Positions 1 through 8,076 of a stretch of DNA of 30,190 bases are shown here, piece by piece (within the stretch, counting starts at the first letter, position 1; every line of letters starts with the position of its first letter). The translations under genes were made by a program, and so were the position numbers. The notes under the pieces are model-generated. The model did not search any database. It worked only from the letters and a program-made list of their open reading frames with translations, and had not been told where the DNA came from. The stretch is from Chloroflexota bacterium (lineage in GTDB: Bacteria > Chloroflexota > Limnocylindria > Limnocylindrales > CSP1-4), in contig JBAXFC010000001.1 in the NCBI GenBank assembly GCA_037140135.1, forward strand, positions 1 through 30,190. Reading direction: 5' to 3'.

Positions 1-1849
1 GGCTGGGCGCACGGCGCTTGGGCGCGGCCTCGGGGGCCGGAGCCTCGGCTGCTGCCGGAGCTGCCTTGGGTGCCGCGGCCCTGGGGGCCTCGGCCGGGCG
101 GCCCCGCTGCATCTGGGCCCGGAGGAGCTGCTCGAGCTCCGGCGGGACCTCGCTCCACTCCTCGCCGCCCGTGGGCCGCGGGGCGCGATCGGCGAACCGG
201 TCCTGGCGATCGCTCCGCGGCCGGCCGACGGGCGGCTGGCTGGGGCGTCCGCCCTGGCCACCACGTCCGCCCTGGCCGCCCTGGCCGCCCTGGGGACCCT
301 GGGGACCCTGGGGACCACGCTGCGGATCGGCGAACCGGCTCGGGGTTGTGCCCCTGCCGCCGCCATAGCGCTCGCGCTCGATCGCGGCAGCGTACGCACC
401 GGCACGCCCGCCGCGGTTGCCACCCTGGCCGCCGCGATTGCCACCCTGGCCTCCGCGATTGCCGCCCTGGGCTCGCCGGCGCTCCGCCAGCAGGTACTCC
501 GGAACCTCAGGCTCCTCGAGATCCTCGTCGTCGAGGGGCGCGAGGTCGCCGGCCGGCCGTGCGGCCGGCGTCCCGATCTGGCGATCCCAGACGGACCCGA
601 AGGACGGGGACCGCGGGGGACGCGGCGCGCTCAGCGCCTCGAGATCGTCGAACGGCGTCGGAAGCTCGCCCGACGGCGTTCGCGGCGCGGGCCGGCTGGC
701 GCTGCTCCGGCCACCACGCGCGGGCCGGGCCTCGGCCACAGGGGCCTCGTCCTCGACCTCGCCCTCGGCGGCCTCGGCGTCGGCATCCTCTTCATCGGCA
801 TCGGCGGCTGCACCGGCAGCGGCCGCGCCCTCGGCGGCAACGGCACCCTCGGTGCCCTCGCCGTCAACGCCCTGGTCATCGCGCCGACCGCGACCACGAC
901 CACGACCACCACGGCGGCGGCGGCGGCGGCGGCCCTCGCTGTCAACACCCTCGCCCTCGGCGCCTTCGGCACCTTCGGCACCCTCGGCGCCCTCGGCGTC
1001 AAGCGCCTCCTCGACAGCCTCGTCGAGATCCTCGTCCTCGGCGACGGGTCGTGCGACCGGTCGTGCGACGGCGGCGCGGGACAGCTTCTCGCCCGGCAGG
1101 GCGATCAGCACGCCACCACCTGCGGAAGCGGCAGCGGCCACCTCCTCGCGATCGTCCCGGTATACGCGATCGTCGCGCTCGACGAGCTCGGAGCGCTCGC
1201 CCCGGCCGCGACCACGACCACGCGACGACGCGGCAACCTCGTCCCGACGGTCCCCGCGACCGCGGCCACGGCCACGGCCACGGCCGGTGCCCTCGGACTG
1301 CTTGTCCGGGACCTCGGTCATCGAGAGATCCTCGTCGTCGTCCGAGACGCGGCGTCCGGAGCGGGTGGAGCTCTTGTCCACCTTGGCGATCTGGGTGATG
1401 TCCGTGAACAGGTCCGCGACCTCGATCAGGTCCGACGAGGTGTTGCCGCGGAAGCTGATGACCTCGACGCGGACGCCCATCTCCTGCACGGCACGGATGG
1501 CAGGCGCGAAGTCCCCGTCGCCCGACACGACCACGGCCACGTCCAGGTTGCGGGCGGTCTTCATCATGTCCACGACCAGCTCGATGTCGAGGTTGGCCTT
1601 GACCTTGCCGTCGCCGTACTTGCGGATGTCCTTGCTGACCACCTTGTACTGGTGGCGGGCGAGGAACTGGTGGAAGTTGCGCTGGTTCTCGTTGTCGGGA
1701 TCAAGGCCCGTGTACGCGTACGCACGGACGAAATCCCGTCCGGCGGTTGCCGACTTCAGCAGCGTGACGTAGTCGATATCCACGCCGGCCGCCTTGGCCG
1801 CGTAGAAGATGTTCGCCACGTCAACGAAGACGGCGACGTTCTTCCCCAC
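1..1849 (-). CDS. NYN (LabA/DUF88, PIN-like) domain protein with long low-complexity RG/acidic C-terminal tail; 3' end runs off the window
   Basis: Manual translation from GTG at 1849 (SD GGAG just upstream): MGKNVAVFVDVANIFYAAKAAG...KANLDIELVVD...VSGDGDFAPAI...VEVISF...ADLF, which are NYN acidic motifs. The frame stays open to position 2, so it has no stop in the window and is absent from the ORF track. Confidence 0.92.
   Translation of the reverse strand, partial: MGKNVAVFVDVANIFYAAKAAGVDIDYVTLLKSATAGRDFVRAYAYTGLDPDNENQRNFHQFLARHQYKVVSKDIRKYGDGKVKANLDIELVVDMMKTARNLDVAVVVSGDGDFAPAIRAVQEMGVRVEVISFRGNTSSDLIEVADLFTDITQIAKVDKSSTRSGRRVSDDDEDLSMTEVPDKQSEGTGRGRGRGRGRGDRRDEVAASSRGRGRGRGERSELVERDDRVYRDDREEVAAAASAGGGVLIALPGEKLSRAAVARPVARPVAEDEDLDEAVEEALDAEGAEGAEGAEGAEGEGVDSEGRRRRRRRGGRGRGRGRRDDQGVDGEGTEGAVAAEGAAAAGAAADADEEDADAEAAEGEVEDEAPVAEARPARGGRSSASRPAPRTPSGELPTPFDDLEALSAPRPPRSPSFGSVWDRQIGTPAARPAGDLAPLDDEDLEEPEVPEYLLAERRRAQGGNRGGQGGNRGGQGGNRGGRAGAYAAAIERERYGGGRGTTPSRFADPQRGPQGPQGPQGGQGGQGGRGGQGGRPSQPPVGRPRSDRQDRFADRAPRPTGGEEWSEVPPELEQLLRAQMQRGRPAEAPRAAAPKAAPAAAEAPAPEAAPKRRAPS
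288..316 (-). repeat. In-frame 9-nt tandem repeat x3 encoding GPQ
   Basis: ccctgggga x3. Confidence 0.85.
410..472 (-). repeat. In-frame 21-nt tandem repeat x3 encoding GGNRGGQ-type units in the NYN tail
   Basis: ccaccctggccgccgcgattg-like unit repeated three times on the + strand. Confidence 0.85.
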
Positions 1850-1872
1850 GTTGACTCCTATATGGTGCGGCG

Positions 1873-1891
1873 GTCCCGGCTTGTCCGGGAC
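1873..1891. other. Stem-loop between the GNAT stop and the NYN start
   Basis: GTCCCGG-cttgt-CCGGGAC, perfect 7-bp stem. Confidence 0.5.
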
Positions 1892-1902
1892 GCCCGGGGG
1901 CG

Positions 1903-2358
1903 CTAGCGGCGGGCTGTGCCCGACGCAGGAAGGGTCCGCCGGAGCACGGGGCCGGCGGTGCCGAACCCGGCGCGCTCGAAGCGGGCCAGGGCGGCTGAGT
2001 CCGAGGGCTGCTCCGCCTCGACCGACGAGCAACCCTTGTTGCCCGCTGAGCGGAGGAGCTCCTCGATGAGCAGTTCCGTCACGCGATCTGCATCGTGATC
2101 CGGGGCGACGACCAGGAAGTCGATGGTCCCGACATAGCCGCCGGCCGTGACCGACGGACGCAGGACAAGCAGCGCCCCGCCCACGATCTCCCGTTGCACT
2201 TCGGCGACGAGGAGGCTCGCGTTCGGCAAGTAGGTGAGCTGACGGAGCAGGTCCGCAGCATCGAGCGGTCCGTGCACGACTCTCGAGAACACCGACCGGC
2301 CGATCGTGACCAGGCGGTCGATGTCCGTGATGCGAGCCGGGCGGATCTGGTGCTCCAC
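1903..2358 (-). CDS. GNAT-fold N-acetyltransferase-like protein (degenerate acetyl-CoA loop)
   Basis: GTG start, VEHQIRPARITDID; LLVAEVQREIVGGALL and GTIDFLVVAPD strands; C-terminal ARFERAGF, typical GNAT layout. Confidence 0.8.
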   Translation of the reverse strand: MEHQIRPARITDIDRLVTIGRSVFSRVVHGPLDAADLLRQLTYLPNASLLVAEVQREIVGGALLVLRPSVTAGGYVGTIDFLVVAPDHDADRVTELLIEELLRSAGNKGCSSVEAEQPSDSAALARFERAGFGTAGPVLRRTLPASGTARR

Positions 2359-2538
2359 GCCGTGGTCACGACCTCGTGCAGCGTTCGACCGTACGCAGGG
2401 TCCCCGACCGCTTGCCGGTTCGGAAGGACGGCCCCACGCCAGGCCGAGAGTTGACGACGTCCCCGGAGGCGAGCGAACGAGGCTCGAACAGCCATCCCGG
2501 GACGAAAACGGCAAAGGGGACGGATGCAAACGGCAACC

Positions 2539-2566
2539 TTGCATCCCCTCCGCGAGCGACTAATAT
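2539..2566 (+). promoter_or_regulatory. Putative sigma70 promoter of the liv operon, overlapped by an inverted repeat
   Basis: TTGCAT-N16-TAATAT in an AT-rich patch; GGATGCAA-N9-TTGCATCC (2522-2546) overlaps the -35. Confidence 0.45.
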
Positions 2567-2731
2567 ACGTCATCGCTCCGCGGTGGTTGCCGGGAGCGTT
2601 GTGGGTCCCCCGTCCCGGGACAGCGTCACCGTCGTGCTGGGCATCTCGACCCGGCCACCAGGGATGCAGTTCCGGTCCCCGGGCTAATCGAAGTCATCGG
2701 GTTTCGACGGGGGAGTTTGGAGGAGGCGTTC

Positions 2732-3961
2732 ATGAAATTCGCTCGTGTTGGCGTGGCCCTTGCGGTCGCGGCAATCGTCGTGTCGGCCTGCGGAGGCTCG
2801 GGCGGCGGCAGCGGCAAGACGATCAAGATCGGCATTTCCCTGCCGCTCTCCGGCTCGGCCCTGGCCAGCGCAGGCCCGGCCCGTGACGGCGCGCTCCTTG
2901 CGATCAAGGAGTTCAAGCTCGACGGCTACACCATCGAGACCGTGGTCCTCGACCACGCGGTCAACGGCGTCCACGACCCGCAGCAGGGCGCCAAGGACAT
3001 GACCACGTTCGTCGGCACCGATGGTGTCGTCGGCGTCGTCGGCCCGTTCAACTCGTCCATCGCCAAGGTGCAGATCCCGATCTCCAACGAGGCGGGCCTG
3101 CTCCAGTGCTCGCCCGCGAACACCAACCCCGACCTGACCAAGGGCGACGCCGGCGTGCAGCTCCGCGCCAAGAACCCGACCAAGATCAACTACGTCCGCG
3201 TCGCGACGACCGACGACATCCAGGGCCCGGCCGTCGCGCAGTACGGCTACACCACCCTGGGCCTCAAGAAGGTCGCGATCATCGACGACACCGAGACCTA
3301 CGGCAAGGGCATCGCCGACGCGTTCGCGGCGGAGTGGACCAAGCTGGGTGGCACGGTCGTCGGTCGCGAAGGCGCCCCGAAGGGCACCACTGACTACACC
3401 GCGATCCTGACCAAGTTCAAGGACGCAGCCCCCGACGCCGTCTTCTACGGTGGCGTGACCGCGACCGGCGGTGGCCTCGTGCGCAAGCAGATGCCGCAAG
3501 CCGGCCTCGACAAGCTCGCCTACCTCGGCGGCGACGGCATCCAGGACGGCCCCGGCACCCCTGAGAACGCCGGCTCGTTCATCAACATCGCCGGCCCGGC
3601 CGCCGCGAACTCCTACAGCTCGGTCGCCGCGATCGCGGAGTACCCGGGCAAGTCCGACTTCGAGGCCAAGTACAAGACCGCCTACGGCGTCGCCGCCGGC
3701 GCGTACTCCGCCTCGGGCTACGCCTGCGCCCAGGTGATCCTCGCCGCCATCAAGGCTGCCGCCGCCAAGGGCGCGGTTGACCGCGAGTCCGTTCGTGTCG
3801 CCGCCACCAGTGGCGCCACCTTCGACACCGTCCTCGGCCCCGTCACCTTCGACGCGGTCGGCGACACCAGCCAGAAGATCATCTCCCTCTACAAGGTCGA
3901 CCTCACGGCGGCCGGCGGCAAGGGCGACTGGATCTTCGACAAGCAGGTCGACTACAAGTAG
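2732..3961 (+). CDS. livK: Branched-chain amino acid ABC transporter substrate-binding lipoprotein (LivK/LivJ family)
   Basis: SD AGGAGG at 2721; signal peptide with lipobox VSAC; IKIGISLPLSG, VVGPFNSS, PDAVFYGG motifs. Confidence 0.92.
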   Translation: MKFARVGVALAVAAIVVSACGGSGGGSGKTIKIGISLPLSGSALASAGPARDGALLAIKEFKLDGYTIETVVLDHAVNGVHDPQQGAKDMTTFVGTDGVVGVVGPFNSSIAKVQIPISNEAGLLQCSPANTNPDLTKGDAGVQLRAKNPTKINYVRVATTDDIQGPAVAQYGYTTLGLKKVAIIDDTETYGKGIADAFAAEWTKLGGTVVGREGAPKGTTDYTAILTKFKDAAPDAVFYGGVTATGGGLVRKQMPQAGLDKLAYLGGDGIQDGPGTPENAGSFINIAGPAAANSYSSVAAIAEYPGKSDFEAKYKTAYGVAAGAYSASGYACAQVILAAIKAAAAKGAVDRESVRVAATSGATFDTVLGPVTFDAVGDTSQKIISLYKVDLTAAGGKGDWIFDKQVDYK

Positions 3962-3982
3962 TCGTCCACCCGGACACCACAG

Positions 3983-4012
3983 GAGCCGGGGAGCCCAAGG
4001 GCTCCCCGGCTC
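3983..4012 (+). terminator. Strong GC stem-loop after the binding-protein gene (partial terminator or mRNA stabiliser)
   Basis: GAGCCGGGGAGCC-caag-GGCTCCCCGGCTC followed by tctttctct. Confidence 0.7.
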
Positions 4013-4048
4013 TCTTTCTCTCCGGAACCACCACCAGCGGAGAACCCC

Positions 4049-5095
4049 ATGACGGCACTCCCCGCGGCCAGCGACGCCGGGCGCGCGCGCGTGCCGGCCG
4101 GCCGGGCGGTACGGCTGTTGGCCCTGCTCGCGATCGTCATCGGCATCGGCGTCGTCGCCGTGTCGAACATGGGCGTCGAGCAGGCGACAGAACAGCTGGT
4201 CAACGCCCTGACGCGCGGTGCGATCTACGCCCTGATCGCCCTCGGCTACACGATGGTCTACGGCATCATCGAGCTCATCAACTTCGCGCACGGCGACATG
4301 TTCATGGTCGGCGCGTTCGTGAGCCTCACGTTCCTCGGCCAGGTCCTCGGACTCAACGGGGCGATCACCGACGTCCCGACGCTGCTGTTCATGGTGATCG
4401 CAGCCTTCGTCGTGACCATGGTCATCCTGGCCCTCGTCGGCGTCACCATCGAGCGCTTCGCCTACAAGCCGCTCCGCCAGGCGCCCCGTCTCGCGCCGCT
4501 GATCACGGCCATCGGCGTCTCGTTCATCCTCCAGAACATCGTCCAGCTCAAGTACGGCGCGTACCAGACGAACTCGCCGCAGATCTTCCCGGACACCTGG
4601 AAGATCCCGATCGGCACCGCCAGCATCTCCGTGCTGAGCCTGTTCATCATCGCCGTGGCCGTCATCCTCATGATCGGTCTGCAGCTGTTCATCGGACGCA
4701 CCCGGCTGGGCCGCGCGATGCGCTCGACCGCGGCAGACCGCGACGCCGCCGCCCTGATGGGCGTCAACATCAACCGCACCATCGCGATCACGTTCCTGAT
4801 CGGCTCGGCCCTCGCGGGCGCCGCGGGCGTGGTCAACGGGATGCAGTACGGCGTCGCCCGCTTCGACGACGGCTTCCAGGCCGGCCTCAAGGCCTTCACG
4901 GCTGCCGTCCTCGGTGGCATCGGCAACACGGTCGGCGCGGCCCTTGGCGGCTTCATCATCGGCTTCATCGAGGTGGGTGCAACGGCCATGGGCTACACGC
5001 GCTGGGGTCCGGCGATCGTGTTCGGCACCCTGGTCATCGTCCTGGTCTTCCGACCCGCGGGTCTCCTCGGCCAGCAGCTCGGTGAGCGCGCATGA
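4049..5095 (+). CDS. livH: Branched-chain amino acid ABC transporter permease
   Basis: YALIALGYTMVYGIIELINFAHGD, TRLGRAMRS, GLKAFTAAVLGGIG motifs. Confidence 0.95.
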   Translation: MTALPAASDAGRARVPAGRAVRLLALLAIVIGIGVVAVSNMGVEQATEQLVNALTRGAIYALIALGYTMVYGIIELINFAHGDMFMVGAFVSLTFLGQVLGLNGAITDVPTLLFMVIAAFVVTMVILALVGVTIERFAYKPLRQAPRLAPLITAIGVSFILQNIVQLKYGAYQTNSPQIFPDTWKIPIGTASISVLSLFIIAVAVILMIGLQLFIGRTRLGRAMRSTAADRDAAALMGVNINRTIAITFLIGSALAGAAGVVNGMQYGVARFDDGFQAGLKAFTAAVLGGIGNTVGAALGGFIIGFIEVGATAMGYTRWGPAIVFGTLVIVLVFRPAGLLGQQLGERA

Positions 5096-6303
5096 GCGCC
5101 GTCTCGGACCTCGGCACCGCGAGGACCCGCCGCTTCGACGGCCTCAAGAAGCGGGCGGCCCGGCACCGCTCGTGGACCATCGTGGTCTCCATGGCGGTCG
5201 TCGGCGCGATCCTGCCGGTGCTCGCCTACATCCCGCCGTTCACCAGCGCCCAGCCGCCCAGCGCGTGGATCGACGGCTACACCAATGCCGGCGTCTTCGT
5301 CCTGCTCGCCCTCGGTCTCAACCTGGTCGTCGGCGTGGCGGGCCTGCTCGACCTCGGGTATGCCGCCTTCTTCGCGATCGGCGCGTACACGTACGCCTAC
5401 GTCGCGTCGCCGTTCGGCAACGACATCCTGGGCATCACCCTGATCAAGAGCTTGGGCATCGAGGGGGCAGGCATCGTCTTCTGGCCGATGCTGCTGGTGG
5501 GCGCCCTGGTGGCGGCCACCTTCGGCATCCTGCTCGGCGCCCCGACGTTGCGCCTTCGAGGCGACTACCTCGCCATCGTCACCCTCGGCTTCGGCGAGAT
5601 CGTGCCGATCGTGTTCCTCAACGCGGACGCGGTCACCAACGGCACCAACGGGATCGGCGGCCTCGTCCGGCCGGCCCTGCCGATCATCGGCGGGTTCTCG
5701 GCGATGAACCCGTGGCCGTACTACGTCACCATGCTCGCCCTCGTGGCGACGGTGATGATCCTCTGCTACCGCCTCGTCGAGAGCCGCCTCGGCCGCTCCT
5801 GGGAGGCGATCCGCGAGGATGAGCTGGCGGCCGCGGCCAACGGCATCAACACCGTCACCACCAAGCTGCTGGCCTTCGCGCTGGGCGCGTCCACGGCAGG
5901 CATCGCGGGCGTCTTCAACGCCAGCAAGCTCGTCACCGTCTCGCCCGACCAGTTCACGTTCATCGTGTCGTTCACGGTGCTCGCGATGGTCGTCCTCGGC
6001 GGCATGGGCAACTTCTGGGGCGTGGCAGTCGGCGCGTTCGTGATCTACACGATCAACAACGTGCTGCTCAAGTCGCTCAACCAGTTCTTCGACAAGACCC
6101 AGATCCCGATCCTGATGGACATCGACTTCATCCAGCTCCAGTTCCTGCTCTACGGCCTGGCGCTGGTCGGGATGATGCTGCTGCGACCCGAGGGCTTGTT
6201 CCCCAACAGCCGGCGCAAGCGAGAGCTCCACGCCGTCATCGCCGACGCCAGTGAGGACGAGCTCCTCGCTGCCGAGGCCACGACCGAGGAGGGGCAGCGG
6301 TGA
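5092..6303 (+). CDS. livM: Branched-chain amino acid ABC transporter permease
   Basis: ALGLNLVVGVAGLLDLGYAAFFAIGAY, LRLRGDYLAIVTLGFGEI, SRLGRSWEAIREDE; ATGA overlap with livH. Confidence 0.95.
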   Translation: MSAVSDLGTARTRRFDGLKKRAARHRSWTIVVSMAVVGAILPVLAYIPPFTSAQPPSAWIDGYTNAGVFVLLALGLNLVVGVAGLLDLGYAAFFAIGAYTYAYVASPFGNDILGITLIKSLGIEGAGIVFWPMLLVGALVAATFGILLGAPTLRLRGDYLAIVTLGFGEIVPIVFLNADAVTNGTNGIGGLVRPALPIIGGFSAMNPWPYYVTMLALVATVMILCYRLVESRLGRSWEAIREDELAAAANGINTVTTKLLAFALGASTAGIAGVFNASKLVTVSPDQFTFIVSFTVLAMVVLGGMGNFWGVAVGAFVIYTINNVLLKSLNQFFDKTQIPILMDIDFIQLQFLLYGLALVGMMLLRPEGLFPNSRRKRELHAVIADASEDELLAAEATTEEGQR

Positions 6304-7313
6304 GCGGCAACGTCCTGGACAACGATCCGATCCTCGTCGCCGACGGCGTCACGCGCCGGTTCGGCGGCCTGGTGGCGGTCAGCAAGGTGGACTTCACGAT
6401 CCCCGAGCGCGCGATCGTCAGCCTGATCGGCCCCAACGGGGCCGGCAAGACGACGTTCTTCAACGTCCTGCTCGGCGTCATCGATCCCTCCGACGGCTCG
6501 GTTGAGTTCCGCGGCCGGCGGATGGTGGCCCGGCCCGAGCGGCTCGCGTTCGAGTCGCTGGTCTGGGTGGCCCCGGCCCTCATCCTCGGCCTGCTGGCGT
6601 TCCTGCTGGCAGAGGCCGGGATCCTCGGCGGCCGACTCCTGGCCCTGGTGGGCTTCCTCGTCCTCATGCTCCTGATCGCGTCGCTCCTGCTCTCGATCAT
6701 CCGGCCGGTCTGGTACCAGAAGCGCCTGTCGAAGCTGGGCATCTTCCGGAGCGCGCGCCCCAACGACATGGTCGAGGCGGGTGTCGGCCGCACCTTCCAG
6801 AACATCCGCCTGTTCAAGAACATGACGGCCATCGAGAACGTGCTCGTGGGCATGCACGTCAAGCTCAAGGGCAACCTGCTCGAGGCCATGATCAACTCGA
6901 AGCGGATGCGCAACGAGGAGGTCGAGGCCCTGAACCGGGCCAACGAGCTGCTCACCCTGGTGGGCCTCGGCGGCAAGGGCAACGAGGCGGCACGCAACCT
7001 TCCGTACGGCGACCAGCGCCGGCTTGAGATCGCGCGCGCGCTCGCGTCCGATCCCAGGCTCCTGCTGCTCGACGAGCCGGCCGCCGGCATGAACCCGAAG
7101 GAGACCCAGGACCTCGTGGCCCTGATCTCCAAGCTCCGCAGCGAGCTCGGGCTCACGATCCTGCTGATCGAGCACGACATGAAGCTCGTCATGGGCATCA
7201 GCGACCGGATCACGGTCCTGGACCACGGCGAGAAGATCGCCGAGGGCACCCCCGAGGAGGTCCGCAGGGACCCCAAGGTGATCGAGGCCTACCTGGGAGC
7301 GCCGGCCGCATGA
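6300..7313 (+). CDS. livG: Branched-chain amino acid ABC transporter ATP-binding protein with an internal hydrophobic insertion
   Basis: Walker A GPNGAGKTT, RTFQNIRLF, LPYGDQRRLEIARALA, LLLDEPAAG, IEHDM. Confidence 0.92.
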   Translation: MSGNVLDNDPILVADGVTRRFGGLVAVSKVDFTIPERAIVSLIGPNGAGKTTFFNVLLGVIDPSDGSVEFRGRRMVARPERLAFESLVWVAPALILGLLAFLLAEAGILGGRLLALVGFLVLMLLIASLLLSIIRPVWYQKRLSKLGIFRSARPNDMVEAGVGRTFQNIRLFKNMTAIENVLVGMHVKLKGNLLEAMINSKRMRNEEVEALNRANELLTLVGLGGKGNEAARNLPYGDQRRLEIARALASDPRLLLLDEPAAGMNPKETQDLVALISKLRSELGLTILLIEHDMKLVMGISDRITVLDHGEKIAEGTPEEVRRDPKVIEAYLGAPAA

Positions 7314-8050
7314 CCGCCCCGACCGCACCGGCGGCGACCGACGTCGTCCTCCGGCTCACCGATGTCCACAGCTACTACGGCGCGATCCACGCGCTGCAGG
7401 GGATCACCGCCGAGGTCCGGCGCGGCGAGATCGTGACCTTGATCGGTGCCAACGGCGCCGGCAAGACCACGACGCTGCGCACGATCAGCGGGCTGCTCCA
7501 TCCCCGCCAGGGGAGCGTGGAGCTCAACGGCGTGGACATCTCGCACGTCGCGCCGCACGACCTCGTGACCAAGGGCATCGGGCATGCGCCCGAAGGCCGG
7601 CGGATCTTCTCGCGCCTCACCGTCTACGAGAACCTGCTCATGGGCGGGTTCACGCGCAGCAAGGCCGAGAATGACGAGCAGGTCGCCCACGTCTACGAGC
7701 TCTTCCCGCGCCTGCTGGAGCGGCACGCGCAGAAGGGCGGCACGCTGTCGGGCGGTGAGCAGCAGATGCTCGCCATCGGCCGCGCGCTGATGACCCGGCC
7801 GTCCGTGCTGCTGCTCGACGAGCCGTCCCTGGGGCTCGCCCCGATCCTCGTCCAGCAGATCTTCAAGATCATTCGCGAGATCAACGGCCGCGGGATGACC
7901 ATCCTGCTCGTCGAGCAGAACGCCCTGCAGGCGCTCTCGGTCGCCAACCGCGGGTACGTGCTGCAGACCGGCGAGGTGGTCCTCTCGGGTGACTCCTCCG
8001 ACCTGATGTCGAACGAGACCGTCCGCAAGGCGTATCTCGGCGAAGACTAG
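7310..8050 (+). CDS. livF: Branched-chain amino acid ABC transporter ATP-binding protein
   Basis: GANGAGKTT, PEGRRIF, LSGGEQQMLAIGRAL, LDEPSLGLAP, VEQNA. Confidence 0.95.
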   Translation: MTAPTAPAATDVVLRLTDVHSYYGAIHALQGITAEVRRGEIVTLIGANGAGKTTTLRTISGLLHPRQGSVELNGVDISHVAPHDLVTKGIGHAPEGRRIFSRLTVYENLLMGGFTRSKAENDEQVAHVYELFPRLLERHAQKGGTLSGGEQQMLAIGRALMTRPSVLLLDEPSLGLAPILVQQIFKIIREINGRGMTILLVEQNALQALSVANRGYVLQTGEVVLSGDSSDLMSNETVRKAYLGED

Positions 8051-8076
8051 CCTCGTCGAGCCGGACCGGGCGCCAG

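Noticed and set aside
18-1772. Long + strand ORFs (70-1398, 417-1772, 18-368)
   Set aside because: Antisense shadows of the minus-strand NYN gene; low-complexity Pro/Arg/Ser translations, no SD and no motifs.
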